Of a stretch of 64,000 bases of DNA, positions 1 through 8,977 are shown piece after piece. Where the stretch lies: assembly GCA_040397175.1 (NCBI GenBank), contig JBBAWM010000001.1, forward strand, positions 25,976-89,975. The letters run 5' to 3'. The DNA is from Candidatus Limnocylindrus sp. GTDB lineage: Bacteria; Chloroflexota; Limnocylindria; Limnocylindrales; Limnocylindraceae. Position numbers and translations under genes: made by a program. The notes under the pieces were generated by a model. The model did not search any database and had not been told where the DNA came from. It saw only the letters and a program-made list of their open reading frames with translations. How positions within the stretch are numbered: position 1 is the stretch's first letter; each line of letters opens with the position of its first letter.

Positions 1-339
1 GCACTAGGAAGCCAGACTGGCGCGGGGCTCCTGCTCCTGTTCTGCTTTGTTTTCGTCTACATGATGTTGCGACTTGGCCAGACCGGTTGGTTTGCTGCTG
101 ACGGCATGGGCCCAGTAGACGCACTTAAGGCGTCATGGTCAAAGACCGAGGGAAGCCTTTGGCGCATCTTCGGATGGAGCATTGGAGGCGGGATTGTCTT
201 CAGCATCATCGGGCTTGTGCTTGGAATGATTGTTGGGGCACTTCCAGTAGAAATTGCTGATCCGGTTAAGACCGGAATCAGCCTCTGCTTTACCTACGGC
301 TCGGGTGCCGTAATGTACCGACGGGTTACATCGAAGTAA
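1..339 (+). CDS. Membrane protein, 5'-truncated by the window edge
   Basis: Frame is open from base 1 to TAA at 339; hydrophobic helices and an 'ALKASWSKTEG' motif typical of DUF975/GDPD-membrane-domain-like proteins. Confidence 0.6.
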   Translation, partial: ALGSQTGAGLLLLFCFVFVYMMLRLGQTGWFAADGMGPVDALKASWSKTEGSLWRIFGWSIGGGIVFSIIGLVLGMIVGALPVEIADPVKTGISLCFTYGSGAVMYRRVTSK

Positions 340-362
340 TCCCACTGCTAAAGGTTGGAGTG

Positions 363-406
363 GGCCTTCTCGGGGTGCGAAAGCACCCTGAGGGGGCCTT
401 CTCTAT
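363..406 (+). terminator. Intrinsic terminator-like hairpin
   Basis: GGCCTTCTCGGGGTGC-GAAA-GCACCCTGAGGGGGCC (16-bp stem with G-U pairs, GNRA loop), followed by a T-rich tract. Confidence 0.7.
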
Positions 407-466
407 TTCGCTGCATTCATGAAGCGATGGACTCTCTGGTGCACTTCAGGTGATAGGGTCAGCAAC

Positions 467-517
467 ATGCACAACAGAATTTTCAATTACGTAACGAGCA
501 GACAGGTCGCGGTGTAA
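467..517 (+). CDS. Candidate leaderless 16-aa upstream ORF (MHNRIFNYVTSRQVAV)
   Basis: Extended -10 TGA-TAGGGT (451-459) lies 7 nt before the ATG; stop is 4 nt before the udp GTG. Confidence 0.3.
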   Translation: MHNRIFNYVTSRQVAV

Positions 518-521
518 GCCG

Positions 522-1307
522 GTGGCCATCTTTGAGCCAGACGGCACTGTTCACCATCTCGGCCTAAAAAAGGGCGACGTTGGGCGCTACGTGCTGCTGC
601 CGGGTGACCCTGGTCGCGTCGAGGTGATTGCCCGACGATTTGATAACCCGCGATTCGTGGCGCAGAGGCGCGAGTACACCACCTGGGTCGGCGAGCTCGA
701 TGGCGTGCCCGTTGCCTGTACCTCAACGGGAATCGGCTGCCCGTCGACGGCGATCGCCGCTGAAGAGTTGCACGCGATCGGTGCCGATACTTTTATTCGC
801 GTTGGGACCTCGGGTGGCATGCAGCCTGGCATGCAAACGGGCGACCTCGCTGTGATCAGCGGTGCGATTCGCGACGAGGGGACAAGCAGCCACTACCTAC
901 CGATGGAGTTCCCTGCCGTGGCCGATCTTGATGTGGTGCTCGCGATGCGCGATGCGGCGCGTGAGCGCAACGTGCGCCATCGCGTTGGCGTGGCGCAGTC
1001 GAAAGATTCGTTCTACGGCGAGGTTGAGCCGGAGCGCATGCCGATCTCTGGCGACCTTGAGCGTCGCTGGAAGGCGTGGATTGGTGGTGGCGCAATCAGC
1101 TCGGAGATGGAGTCGGCCACTCTCTTCATCGTTGCGGCGACCCTGCGTGCACGCGCGGGTGGAATCATGGTTTGCATCGGCAGTCCGTCTATGACGCACG
1201 AAGAGTCGCAAGCCTCGATGAAGGACTTCTCGATTGATCCAGTCATCGATACGGCGGTGCACGGTCTGCGCCTGCTGATCGCCCGAGATCGCGCTGCAGG
1301 AGCGTAA
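522..1307 (+). CDS. udp: Uridine phosphorylase
   Basis: LLPGDPGRV, STGIGCPSTAIAAEEL, IRVGTSG, RDEGTS, DSFYG and EMES motifs of the NP-I/Udp family. Confidence 0.9.
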   Translation: MAIFEPDGTVHHLGLKKGDVGRYVLLPGDPGRVEVIARRFDNPRFVAQRREYTTWVGELDGVPVACTSTGIGCPSTAIAAEELHAIGADTFIRVGTSGGMQPGMQTGDLAVISGAIRDEGTSSHYLPMEFPAVADLDVVLAMRDAARERNVRHRVGVAQSKDSFYGEVEPERMPISGDLERRWKAWIGGGAISSEMESATLFIVAATLRARAGGIMVCIGSPSMTHEESQASMKDFSIDPVIDTAVHGLRLLIARDRAAGA

Positions 1308-1311
1308 TCGC

Positions 1312-2562
1312 GTGGCAGACTCAGAGCTTCACTTCGATCCAACCGACCCGGCCACCGCGCTCGATCCCTTCCCCGTCTACGCCCGGCTGCGGGAGCACGG
1401 TCCAGTCTGGCACTCGCCGCAGAGCGGGATCCACTTCATTACCCACCACGCCGACGTGCACGCCGCTTGGCGCGACAAGCGCCTCGGCTCCAACTTCTCG
1501 CAGCGCTACACCCCCGAAGAGTTCCTTCGCGACAAGGCCGACCTGCAGCCGTGGCGCGACGATCGTTATGCCGATTTTAAGGCGTTTGAACGCTGGGACA
1601 TGATCGCCCTCGAACCGCCCGACCACACCAAGCTGCGCCGCCTCGTCACGACCGCCTTCACCCCACGCTCCATTGAGGCGCAGCGCGAGCCGGCGAGTCG
1701 TCTCATTCGCGAGCGCATCGCCGCCGCACGCGAACGCGGCAGCCTCGACCTGGTCCAGGATCTCGCCGAGCCCCTTTCGCTTACGATCATCTGCGAGCTG
1801 ATCGGCGTTCCCGAACCTGACCGCATGCGCATCCTGGCCCTCTCCCACGAGGTGGTCTCCATGTACGAACCGCTGCCGTCGGAGGCGGTGAAGGATCGTG
1901 CCAACCTCGCCGTGCGCGAATTTGCCGCCTACACCGCCGACCTCATTCGCGCCCGTCGCCGTCAGCCGGCCGACGACCTGCTCACCGGCCTCATCGACGC
2001 TACCGTCGACGGCGAGCACCTGAGCGACGAGCAGGTCATCTCCACGGTCATGGTGCTGCTGATGGCCGGCCACGAAGCGTCGGTGAATGCCGCATCGAAT
2101 GGGGTGGCGGCATTCGCTGCACATCCAGACCAGTGGCAACTGCTGCGCGCTGGAACGGTGCCGATGAAGAGCGCCATCGAAGAGATCCTGCGCTGGGATC
2201 CGCCGCTGCAGTTCTTTCAGCGTTGGGTGCTCGACGATGGGTTTGAGGTGCGTGGCGTGCCGATCCCCCGTGGCGCAAAGGTCGGATTGATGATCGGCTC
2301 CTCGAACCGTGACCCCGAGAAGTACGAGAGCCCCGACGCCTTCCGCATCGAACGCGGCGAAACGTCGCACCTCTCATTCGGTGGCGGGATTCACTTCTGC
2401 ATCGGTGCGCCGCTGGCACGGCTTGAACTGGAGCTCCTCTTTGGCGCGTTGGCGGAGGCGCTCCCCGAAATTACGCTGCTCCCAGGTGCGGTGCGCCGCC
2501 CCGGCTTCCAGTTCCGTGGGTATGTGAACCTACCGATTGCCGCCCCCAGCGCCTCGCGCTAA
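1312..2562 (+). CDS. Cytochrome P450
   Basis: AGHEAS I-helix, EEILR (ExxR), heme motif FGGGIHFCIG. Confidence 0.95.
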   Translation: MADSELHFDPTDPATALDPFPVYARLREHGPVWHSPQSGIHFITHHADVHAAWRDKRLGSNFSQRYTPEEFLRDKADLQPWRDDRYADFKAFERWDMIALEPPDHTKLRRLVTTAFTPRSIEAQREPASRLIRERIAAARERGSLDLVQDLAEPLSLTIICELIGVPEPDRMRILALSHEVVSMYEPLPSEAVKDRANLAVREFAAYTADLIRARRRQPADDLLTGLIDATVDGEHLSDEQVISTVMVLLMAGHEASVNAASNGVAAFAAHPDQWQLLRAGTVPMKSAIEEILRWDPPLQFFQRWVLDDGFEVRGVPIPRGAKVGLMIGSSNRDPEKYESPDAFRIERGETSHLSFGGGIHFCIGAPLARLELELLFGALAEALPEITLLPGAVRRPGFQFRGYVNLPIAAPSASR

Positions 2563-2568
2563 CCCCGC

Positions 2569-2574
2569 TATCCT
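2569..2574 (+). promoter_or_regulatory. -10 box of a leaderless icd transcript
   Basis: TATCCT, 6 nt, then ATG; no Shine-Dalgarno. Confidence 0.6.
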
Positions 2575-2580
2575 GAGCCC

Positions 2581-4074
2581 ATGACCACCCCACGACGTCA
2601 CGCCATCACCCTGATCCCTGGCGACGGGGTTGGCCCCGAGGTCGCCCTCGCCACCAAGCGCGTCCTTGACGCCGCCGCCGCCACTGCAGGCGTGGCCTTT
2701 GATTGGGAGGAGGCCGAGGCTGGCGCCGAGGTCTTCAAGAAGGGGGACACCTCTGGCGTACCAAAGGAGACTCGCGACAGCATCGAGCGCACCCGCGTCG
2801 CCTTGAAGGGGCCACTCGAGACGCCGGTCGGCTTCGGCGAGAAGAGTGCGAACGTCACGCTGCGCAAACTCTTTGAGACCTACGCCAACGTGCGACCTGC
2901 GCGCGAACTCCCAGGCGTGCCAACGCGCTACAAGGGCGAAGGGATCGACATGGTCATCGTGCGCGAGAACGTCGAAGACTTGTATGCCGGCATTGAGCAT
3001 TTGCAGACACACGATGTCGCACAAGCCGTAAAGCTCATTAGCCGCACCGGTTCAGAGAAGATCATTCGCTTCACCTACGAGCTTGCACTGCGCGAAGGTC
3101 GACATAAGGTCACTACCGCAAGCAAGGCGAACATCCTCAAGTTCACTGAAGGGCTCTTCAAGCAGATTGGCGAAGATCTCAGCAAGGAGTATTCGTCACT
3201 AGAGGCGAATCACCTGATCATCGACAACGTTGCGCACCAGATGGTGAAAGATCCGGCGCAGTTTGATGTAGTCGTCGCCACCAACCTGCACGGCGATATC
3301 ATCAGCGATCTTGCATCGGGCCTTGTTGGAGGGCTCGGTTTCGCATCCAGTGCCAACTACGGTGATGGTGTGGCGATCTTTGAGGCGGTGCACGGCTCGG
3401 CGCCGAAGTACGCCGGTAAGAACGTCATCAATCCGACTGCGCTGATCCTTTCATCGACGATGATGTTGCGCCACCTGGGCGAAACGGATCTCGCCGATGT
3501 TGTCGAAGATGCGGTGCTTGCAACGCTGGAGGCAGGCAAGGCGATTCCACAAGATGTGGTGCGCCAGCAGGGCGGCGACGTTGAGGCAGCGACGAGTACT
3601 AGCGGATTCGCTGACGCGGTGATCGAGAGCCTCGGCTCGCGTCCAACGTCGGTTCCCGCCGCCGCGAGCCGACCACGACCTGTTGATGTGAAGCCGCATG
3701 CACGGTGGACCAGCGGCGAGGCGCGCGAGCGCGAGGTTGGCGCGGCGCGTGTCGTTGGCCTCGACCTCTTCTTGCAGTCACTGATGGCCCCTGCTGAGCT
3801 CGGCGCCAAGCTCTCCGCCCTTGCCGGGCAGGAGCTCACTCTCAAGATGATCGAGAGCAAGGGGACGGTGGTGTGGCCAAATGCGGCACCAGCGTTCGAC
3901 CCAACCGGCCTCTTCCGCGCACGATTCTTGGCGCGGGCCGAGGGCTCCAACCTGCCCGACGAAACCCTACTGGCCCTCGCAGCCCGCGTGGCGGGCGTTG
4001 CGCCGTGGGTGCACCTTGAGAAGCTCCGCATCTGGGGGAACGAAGAGGGGTTCACCCGCGCACAGGGCGAGTAG
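2581..4074 (+). CDS. icd: Isocitrate dehydrogenase with C-terminal extension (Thermus/Rickettsia-like type)
   Basis: IPGDGVGPEV, LKGPLETPVGFGEKSANVTLRK, RENVEDLY, EAVHGSAP; C-terminal domain ending EKL...GFTRAQGE. Confidence 0.9.
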   Translation: MTTPRRHAITLIPGDGVGPEVALATKRVLDAAAATAGVAFDWEEAEAGAEVFKKGDTSGVPKETRDSIERTRVALKGPLETPVGFGEKSANVTLRKLFETYANVRPARELPGVPTRYKGEGIDMVIVRENVEDLYAGIEHLQTHDVAQAVKLISRTGSEKIIRFTYELALREGRHKVTTASKANILKFTEGLFKQIGEDLSKEYSSLEANHLIIDNVAHQMVKDPAQFDVVVATNLHGDIISDLASGLVGGLGFASSANYGDGVAIFEAVHGSAPKYAGKNVINPTALILSSTMMLRHLGETDLADVVEDAVLATLEAGKAIPQDVVRQQGGDVEAATSTSGFADAVIESLGSRPTSVPAAASRPRPVDVKPHARWTSGEAREREVGAARVVGLDLFLQSLMAPAELGAKLSALAGQELTLKMIESKGTVVWPNAAPAFDPTGLFRARFLARAEGSNLPDETLLALAARVAGVAPWVHLEKLRIWGNEEGFTRAQGE

Positions 4075-4119
4075 CCAATGACCACCCGCCGCTCGGGTCA
4101 ATCCAATGAAGGGGGACGC

Positions 4120-4554
4120 ATGCAGCTTCTAGCCTTGGCCTTTTTTATCTTTGCCGCCGGTGTCGGCTCTTCGGTGCAGTCGATCGTGAACTCTGAGCTT
4201 GGCCGCCGCACCGACCCGGTAAGCGCTGCCGTCGTCTCATTCATTGGCGGCCTTGCGGTGCTGCTGGTCGTTGCGTTGCTGAGCGGTAAGTTGCAGCTCG
4301 TTGAGGCGACGAAGGTTCCGCCCCTGTTGCTGACTGGCGGCCTCTTCGGTGCACTCATTGTCACCGGCTTCGCCACCGCCGTGCCAGTGCTGGGCGTCAC
4401 TGAGGCGACCCTCATCTACATTCTCGGCTCGCTCGGCGCCGCACTCGCCATCGATGGATTCGGGCTCCTTGGCACCACGGCAATTCCCGTCACTGGATCG
4501 CGCATCCTGGGCATTGGGCTTGCGGTCCTTGGATTCGTGCTCGCTCGGCGATGA
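4120..4554 (+). CDS. DMT/YdcZ-family (DUF606) inner membrane exporter
   Basis: Q-x-x-x-N-x-x-L motif, GGLFG, IDGFG; SD-like GAAGGGGG before ATG 4120 (alternative start 4078). Confidence 0.8.
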   Translation: MQLLALAFFIFAAGVGSSVQSIVNSELGRRTDPVSAAVVSFIGGLAVLLVVALLSGKLQLVEATKVPPLLLTGGLFGALIVTGFATAVPVLGVTEATLIYILGSLGAALAIDGFGLLGTTAIPVTGSRILGIGLAVLGFVLARR

Positions 4555-5078
4555 GCGACGAACGCCAACGCATCGTTCGCCCCGACCAGATTGACGGCGC
4601 TGAGGCGCTGCCACACGCACTCCCCGGCGCGCACGAGGAGGCGCCCGACGCGGGAGAGTTGCTGCGCGGAGTCCTCGTGGATGAACGGTATGAGCCAGGG
4701 ATGATCAAGCTCGATCGCCAGCCGGTGCCGATCGCCGACGATGGACTCCCCGCATACGTTCCAGAGTCCGATCCAACGCCGTTGCGTGGCGGCTACATCT
4801 ACCTGAGCGTTGTCGCCCTCATCTGCGGCACGATCGTGATCAGCGCGCTCAACCTCGGCGCCAAGTGGAGCGACGGCATCGTCAAGGTGCCACTCCTCAT
4901 TGGTTCGATTCCACTCTTCGTCACCATGGGCGAGGCGGCGCTTCGCATCGCGCGCTCGGTACGCGCATGGTGGCCGGTAAGTCGCGGGCGGGCACTCTTC
5001 CGTGCGAGTTGGGTGTTGATGATTGCGGCGTTGGCAACGATCGTGCTCGCTGCGATCTGGGTGGCGCTGAACGCTTAG
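4551..5078 (+). CDS. Hypothetical membrane protein (3 C-terminal TM helices)
   Basis: ATGA overlap with the upstream gene; acidic N-terminus and hydrophobic C-terminus. Confidence 0.65.
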   Translation: MSDERQRIVRPDQIDGAEALPHALPGAHEEAPDAGELLRGVLVDERYEPGMIKLDRQPVPIADDGLPAYVPESDPTPLRGGYIYLSVVALICGTIVISALNLGAKWSDGIVKVPLLIGSIPLFVTMGEAALRIARSVRAWWPVSRGRALFRASWVLMIAALATIVLAAIWVALNA

Positions 5079-5081
5079 CGC

Positions 5082-5525
5082 TTAGCTCGCGAGCCCCGCA
5101 ATCAAGTGATCGATCGAACTGCGTAGGAACTCTTCCACGCGTTGCCCCGCCATTACGGCGAGCATCGGATCAAGCTCGGTTGAGGTTCGCCACGACGCGT
5201 TGCTGCTCGACGCGCTCGCCGCGGTGAGATCAATGAGGGCAACCACAATCGCATGACCACCAATGTCGGGGCGAACCTTCAGGCGCAGATGAAGTCGGGT
5301 AACGCCGCCGTCGAGCACCTCAACCGTTCGACGAACGGAGATCGCCGCCTCGATGGGAATGCCGGCGACCTGCGTGGCCAGGCGACCCTCAATGTGTTCT
5401 GCATCGATGCGATGCAGTCCGTCGCATCCGGGGATCAGTGTTGCAATGAGCTCTGGGCTATCGCTCGCGGCAACGAGTTGCGCCACCGATTTTTCAAGAA
5501 CTGCCTGGCCCACGATCTCGCTCAT
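5082..5525 (-). CDS. CoxG/SRPBCC-family protein
   Basis: 'PELIATLIPGC' N-terminal motif, beta-rich pattern and C-terminal amphipathic helix. Confidence 0.6.
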   Translation of the reverse strand: MSEIVGQAVLEKSVAQLVAASDSPELIATLIPGCDGLHRIDAEHIEGRLATQVAGIPIEAAISVRRTVEVLDGGVTRLHLRLKVRPDIGGHAIVVALIDLTAASASSSNASWRTSTELDPMLAVMAGQRVEEFLRSSIDHLIAGLAS

Positions 5526-5532
5526 CGGCGGC

Positions 5533-6273
5533 TCAGTAAAGGGTCACAACGTCGGCGGGAAGGTCAAGGGCAAAGGCGCTTGCGGGAATCGGGGCATCAA
5601 CCTCGAACGTGGTGCTGAGCGCACTGCGCACCAGGTGTGCGCCACGGAACTCCTCGACGCCGAGCAGGGCGCCGGTGAGTCGATCGAAGGTGACGCGAAA
5701 GCGGAAGTCGGCACGATCACCTTCGAGACCAACGGCGCGTGGCGCCGCCGCCTCAATGGTAAGAGCGACACGTCCAGCGGCGGTTGTCTCATGCACCGCA
5801 CCGAGCACCGCACCTGCGAGGACGCTGCTGCAGAACGAACCAGGGCGAACGAAGCTGGTCGCCCAACCTTTGCCGGGGAGCGGACCCATGTCGGTGGGGA
5901 GGCGCGAGCCCTGCGGCAGACCACTCTCGTTGAGGCCGGTTGGCGCGGCGCGGTGCGGTCGACGCGTGGCGGTGTTGGTGACGGCGCTATAGCCGCGCAC
6001 GTCGGCCCCGTCGGTGAGCCATACGTCGTAGCCGCCCTGCGGATGCACCGTGGTGACGCGGGCTAGGGGGCGATCAATGAGGAGTTCGACTGATCCGAGG
6101 CTCTCGCCCGCGGCTGTCACCGCGCGCTCCTCAATGCGCAGGCGCAGGGTGCGGAAGCGGCGCTCGGCGCCTGCGGCGAAGTCGAAGAGCTCAGCCGCCG
6201 TGGGGAGCCCAGGGGTGAGGCTGGTCGCAATCGGAGGGAGGGCGGAGGCGATAGGTACGAGGGTCTCGCTCAT
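5533..6273 (-). CDS. Hypothetical protein, possible LolA/RseB-like fold
   Basis: 'VWLTDG', 'VTFDRLTGALL' and 'IPASAFALDLPADV' resemble LolA-like proteins; leaderless TAGGAT-N6-ATG start. Confidence 0.55.
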   Translation of the reverse strand: MSETLVPIASALPPIATSLTPGLPTAAELFDFAAGAERRFRTLRLRIEERAVTAAGESLGSVELLIDRPLARVTTVHPQGGYDVWLTDGADVRGYSAVTNTATRRPHRAAPTGLNESGLPQGSRLPTDMGPLPGKGWATSFVRPGSFCSSVLAGAVLGAVHETTAAGRVALTIEAAAPRAVGLEGDRADFRFRVTFDRLTGALLGVEEFRGAHLVRSALSTTFEVDAPIPASAFALDLPADVVTLY

Positions 6274-6312
6274 GGCTCCATCCTAGCCGAGGGGCGGGCG
6301 TAGACTGAGCGC
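6274..6312. promoter_or_regulatory. Back-to-back leaderless promoters
   Basis: Minus strand TAGGAT (6285-6280)-N6-ATG; plus strand TAGACT (6301-6306)-N6-ATG. Confidence 0.6.
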
Positions 6313-7575
6313 ATGAGCAGTAGCGCACCACTCTCCCAGAGCAGCACCCCGGGCCGCCCCTTGAAGGAGGCCTGGATCGTTGAGGCGCTGCGCACCCCCT
6401 TCGGCCGCTACGGCGGCGCGCTCTCGGGCGTTCGCCCCGACGACCTTGCCGCCACCGTCCTTGAAGCAGTCGTCGCCCGGAGCGGCATCAACGCTGCTGA
6501 CATCGATGACGTGATCTTGGGTTGCGCCAATCAAGCCGGCGAAGACAACCGCAACGTGGCGCGCATGGCGCTCCTGGTTGCCGGCTACCCCGTTGAGGTT
6601 CCTGGTCAAACGGTGAATCGCCTCTGCGGCTCTGGCTTACAGGCGCTCGCTGCCGCCGCGAACGCCATCGCCGTGGGCGATGCCGAGGTAGTCGTTGCGG
6701 GTGGCGTCGAGAGCATGAGCCGTGCGCCACTTGTCACCTTGAAGCCTGAGAGTGGTCTCGAGCGCGGCAATCGTGAACTGGTTGACACCACCATCGGTTG
6801 GCGCTTCGTGAATCCGCGACTGCACGCCAAGTACCCAGCGATCTCGCTCGGCGAAACAGCAGAGCGCGTTGCCGAGCAGTGGCACGTTACCCGTGTAGCA
6901 CAAGACGAGCTCGCACTTGCATCGCAGCAGCGCGCCGCAGCAGCGGCCGCAAGTGGCGTGCACGCAGAAGAGATCGTGCCCGTCTCCATCCCGCAGCGCT
7001 CAGGCGAACCGATCGTGGTGGATCGCGACGAACATCCACGACCCGACACCACCGCCGCAGCACTGGCCAAGTTGAAGCCGGCGTTCGTTGGTGACGGAAC
7101 CGTGACCGCAGGGAACGCCTCGGGCATCAATGATGGCGCTGCAGCACTTCTTGTCGTGGAGTCGGAGCGCGCGCGAGCACTCGGCTTGAAGCCGTATGCG
7201 CGAATCGTTGCCACGGCCGTTGCTGGTGTGGACCCATCGGTAATGGGGGCTGGCCCGATCCCGGCGATTCGCAAGCTGCTCGAGCGCACCGGGCTCACTG
7301 TTGCCGACATCGATCGCGTGGAGCTCAATGAGGCGTTCGCCAGCCAGGCGGTCGCCTGCATCGTGGAACTTGGGCTCGACCCAGCGAAGACCAATGTGCA
7401 CGGCGGCGCCATTGCCCTCGGCCACCCACTCGGCGCCTCAGGTGCCCGTATGGCGACGACCCTTGTCCGCGAGCTGCGCCGGAGCGGCGGCCGCTACGGC
7501 ATTGCCGCCATGTGCGTCGGGGTGGGCCAGGGGATCGCCATGCTCGTGGAGCGTGTCGAGGCGTTGGAGCGCTAG
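6313..7575 (+). CDS. Acetyl-CoA C-acyltransferase (thiolase, PcaF/PaaJ-like)
   Basis: [20 protein letters not shown] and MCVGVGQG motifs; [15 protein letters not shown] is typical of PcaF/PaaJ. Confidence 0.93.
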   Translation: MSSSAPLSQSSTPGRPLKEAWIVEALRTPFGRYGGALSGVRPDDLAATVLEAVVARSGINAADIDDVILGCANQAGEDNRNVARMALLVAGYPVEVPGQTVNRLCGSGLQALAAAANAIAVGDAEVVVAGGVESMSRAPLVTLKPESGLERGNRELVDTTIGWRFVNPRLHAKYPAISLGETAERVAEQWHVTRVAQDELALASQQRAAAAAASGVHAEEIVPVSIPQRSGEPIVVDRDEHPRPDTTAAALAKLKPAFVGDGTVTAGNASGINDGAAALLVVESERARALGLKPYARIVATAVAGVDPSVMGAGPIPAIRKLLERTGLTVADIDRVELNEAFASQAVACIVELGLDPAKTNVHGGAIALGHPLGASGARMATTLVRELRRSGGRYGIAAMCVGVGQGIAMLVERVEALER

Positions 7576-7615
7576 AATCTCATCCAAAGCAGCGGCAGAT
7601 GCCGAAGGAGAAGCG

Positions 7616-8026
7616 ATGTTGAACCAGGAGCCACAGGTCGCCAGCGAGGCGCCAACCGTTGCAGCCGTCCTCGGCCTTACCGATGCCGCCGCCGCCAAGG
7701 TGATTGAGCTCGCCAAGGGCGAAACAAATCCACTCATCGGACTGCGCGTCTATATCGTTTCGGGCGGTTGCAGCGGCTATCGCTACGGCATGATGCTCGA
7801 CGACGTCGAGAACCCGGGCGACAGCGTCTTCATGGCGAACGGCGTGCGCGTCTACGTCGACGAGAAGGCCGTGCCGCTGATCCAGGGCTCCACCGTTGAC
7901 TACGTTGACGCGATGATGGGCGCTGGCTTCACCGTCGAGAATCCGAACTCGGTTGGCGGCTGCGGCTGCGGCTCCAGCTTCCGCACGGCGGATTCGGCGG
8001 GACAGGCCTCGGCCTGCAGCCACTGA
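7616..8026 (+). CDS. Iron-sulfur cluster assembly accessory protein (IscA/HesB/ErpA)
   Basis: GGCSG and CGCGSSF motifs; SD GAAGGAG before ATG 7616. Confidence 0.92.
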   Translation: MLNQEPQVASEAPTVAAVLGLTDAAAAKVIELAKGETNPLIGLRVYIVSGGCSGYRYGMMLDDVENPGDSVFMANGVRVYVDEKAVPLIQGSTVDYVDAMMGAGFTVENPNSVGGCGCGSSFRTADSAGQASACSH

Positions 8027-8027
8027 C

Positions 8028-8948
8028 CTGGAGCTGAACGGCGACGCGCCGAAGCTGATCCCGCTCTTTCCGCTCCAGCTCGTTCTCTTCCCAGGCGTTG
8101 CCCTTCCCCTGCACATCTTTGAGCCACGCTATCGCCTGATGGTGAAGCGCTGCCTTGAGCTCAATCAGTCCTTCGGTGTGATTCGCTCTGGTACCGACGG
8201 CCTCTCTGAGATCGGCACCCTCGCCGAAATTCGCGAAGCCACGCGCTACATCGATGGACGATGGGACATTGTGGCGCTCGGCACGCGGCGCTTTCGCGTG
8301 ACGAATTTTGATCGAAGCTCACCCTACCTACAGGCGGAGATTGAACTGCTCGATGAGGCTGTGGGGGAACCGGCCGAACACGTGCGCGCCGTAGCAGAGC
8401 ACGTCTCTGATGCGTTCATTGATTACCTCGAGCTGCTGCGCGGCGTCGATGAGAGCGACCACGACCATGACCACGACGATGAAGAAGAGGACGACGAGGG
8501 TGACTACATTGAAGATGGCGAGGTAACCCCCGAGGCGATTGACGAGGCGCTGGAGGAGGAGCAGGGGACAGCGCTGAGCCAAGAGGTGGTCGCTGAGATC
8601 GAGCGCCTCCTGGTCGCGTCGAACGCGGCGGCTGGCCCTGCAAAGATCACCGAGTATGGTGTGGGCGACGATGAGACGCCCGACGAGGAGGGCGACCCCG
8701 ATGGTGAACTGCTCGCGACGGCCATTGATCGGCTCTCCGGGAGCGATGATCCGGTTGGCCTCTCCCATGTCGTTGGTGGCGTGGTGCAGCTGAGCATTGA
8801 ACAGCGCCAAGCGCTCCTAGAGGCCCCGGACGCGCTCACCCGCCTGACCCTGCTCGCCGCCCACCTCGATCGCGAGAATCTGCTGCTCGCCGAGGGGATT
8901 CGACCATGGCAGGCGGACCCAGCCACACTTTCAGAACGCCGCAACTAA
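8028..8948 (+). CDS. LON peptidase substrate-binding (N-terminal) domain protein with an acidic insert
   Basis: IPLFPL..VLFPG..LPLHIFEPRY..M motif; start uncertain (CTG 8028 or TTG 7953). Confidence 0.85.
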   Translation: MELNGDAPKLIPLFPLQLVLFPGVALPLHIFEPRYRLMVKRCLELNQSFGVIRSGTDGLSEIGTLAEIREATRYIDGRWDIVALGTRRFRVTNFDRSSPYLQAEIELLDEAVGEPAEHVRAVAEHVSDAFIDYLELLRGVDESDHDHDHDDEEEDDEGDYIEDGEVTPEAIDEALEEEQGTALSQEVVAEIERLLVASNAAAGPAKITEYGVGDDETPDEEGDPDGELLATAIDRLSGSDDPVGLSHVVGGVVQLSIEQRQALLEAPDALTRLTLLAAHLDRENLLLAEGIRPWQADPATLSERRN

Positions 8949-8977
8949 TTCGAGCGAACAGCGGATACGATGCGCAC

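Noticed and set aside
340-420. Hairpin as a tRNA or ncRNA
   Set aside because: No cloverleaf or T-loop; position and T tract fit a terminator
1321-2370. 349-aa antisense ORF over the P450 (similarly 28334-29179, 32918-33853, 38362-39504, 61241-62194)
   Set aside because: Shadow frames of GC-rich coding strands with no recognisable motifs
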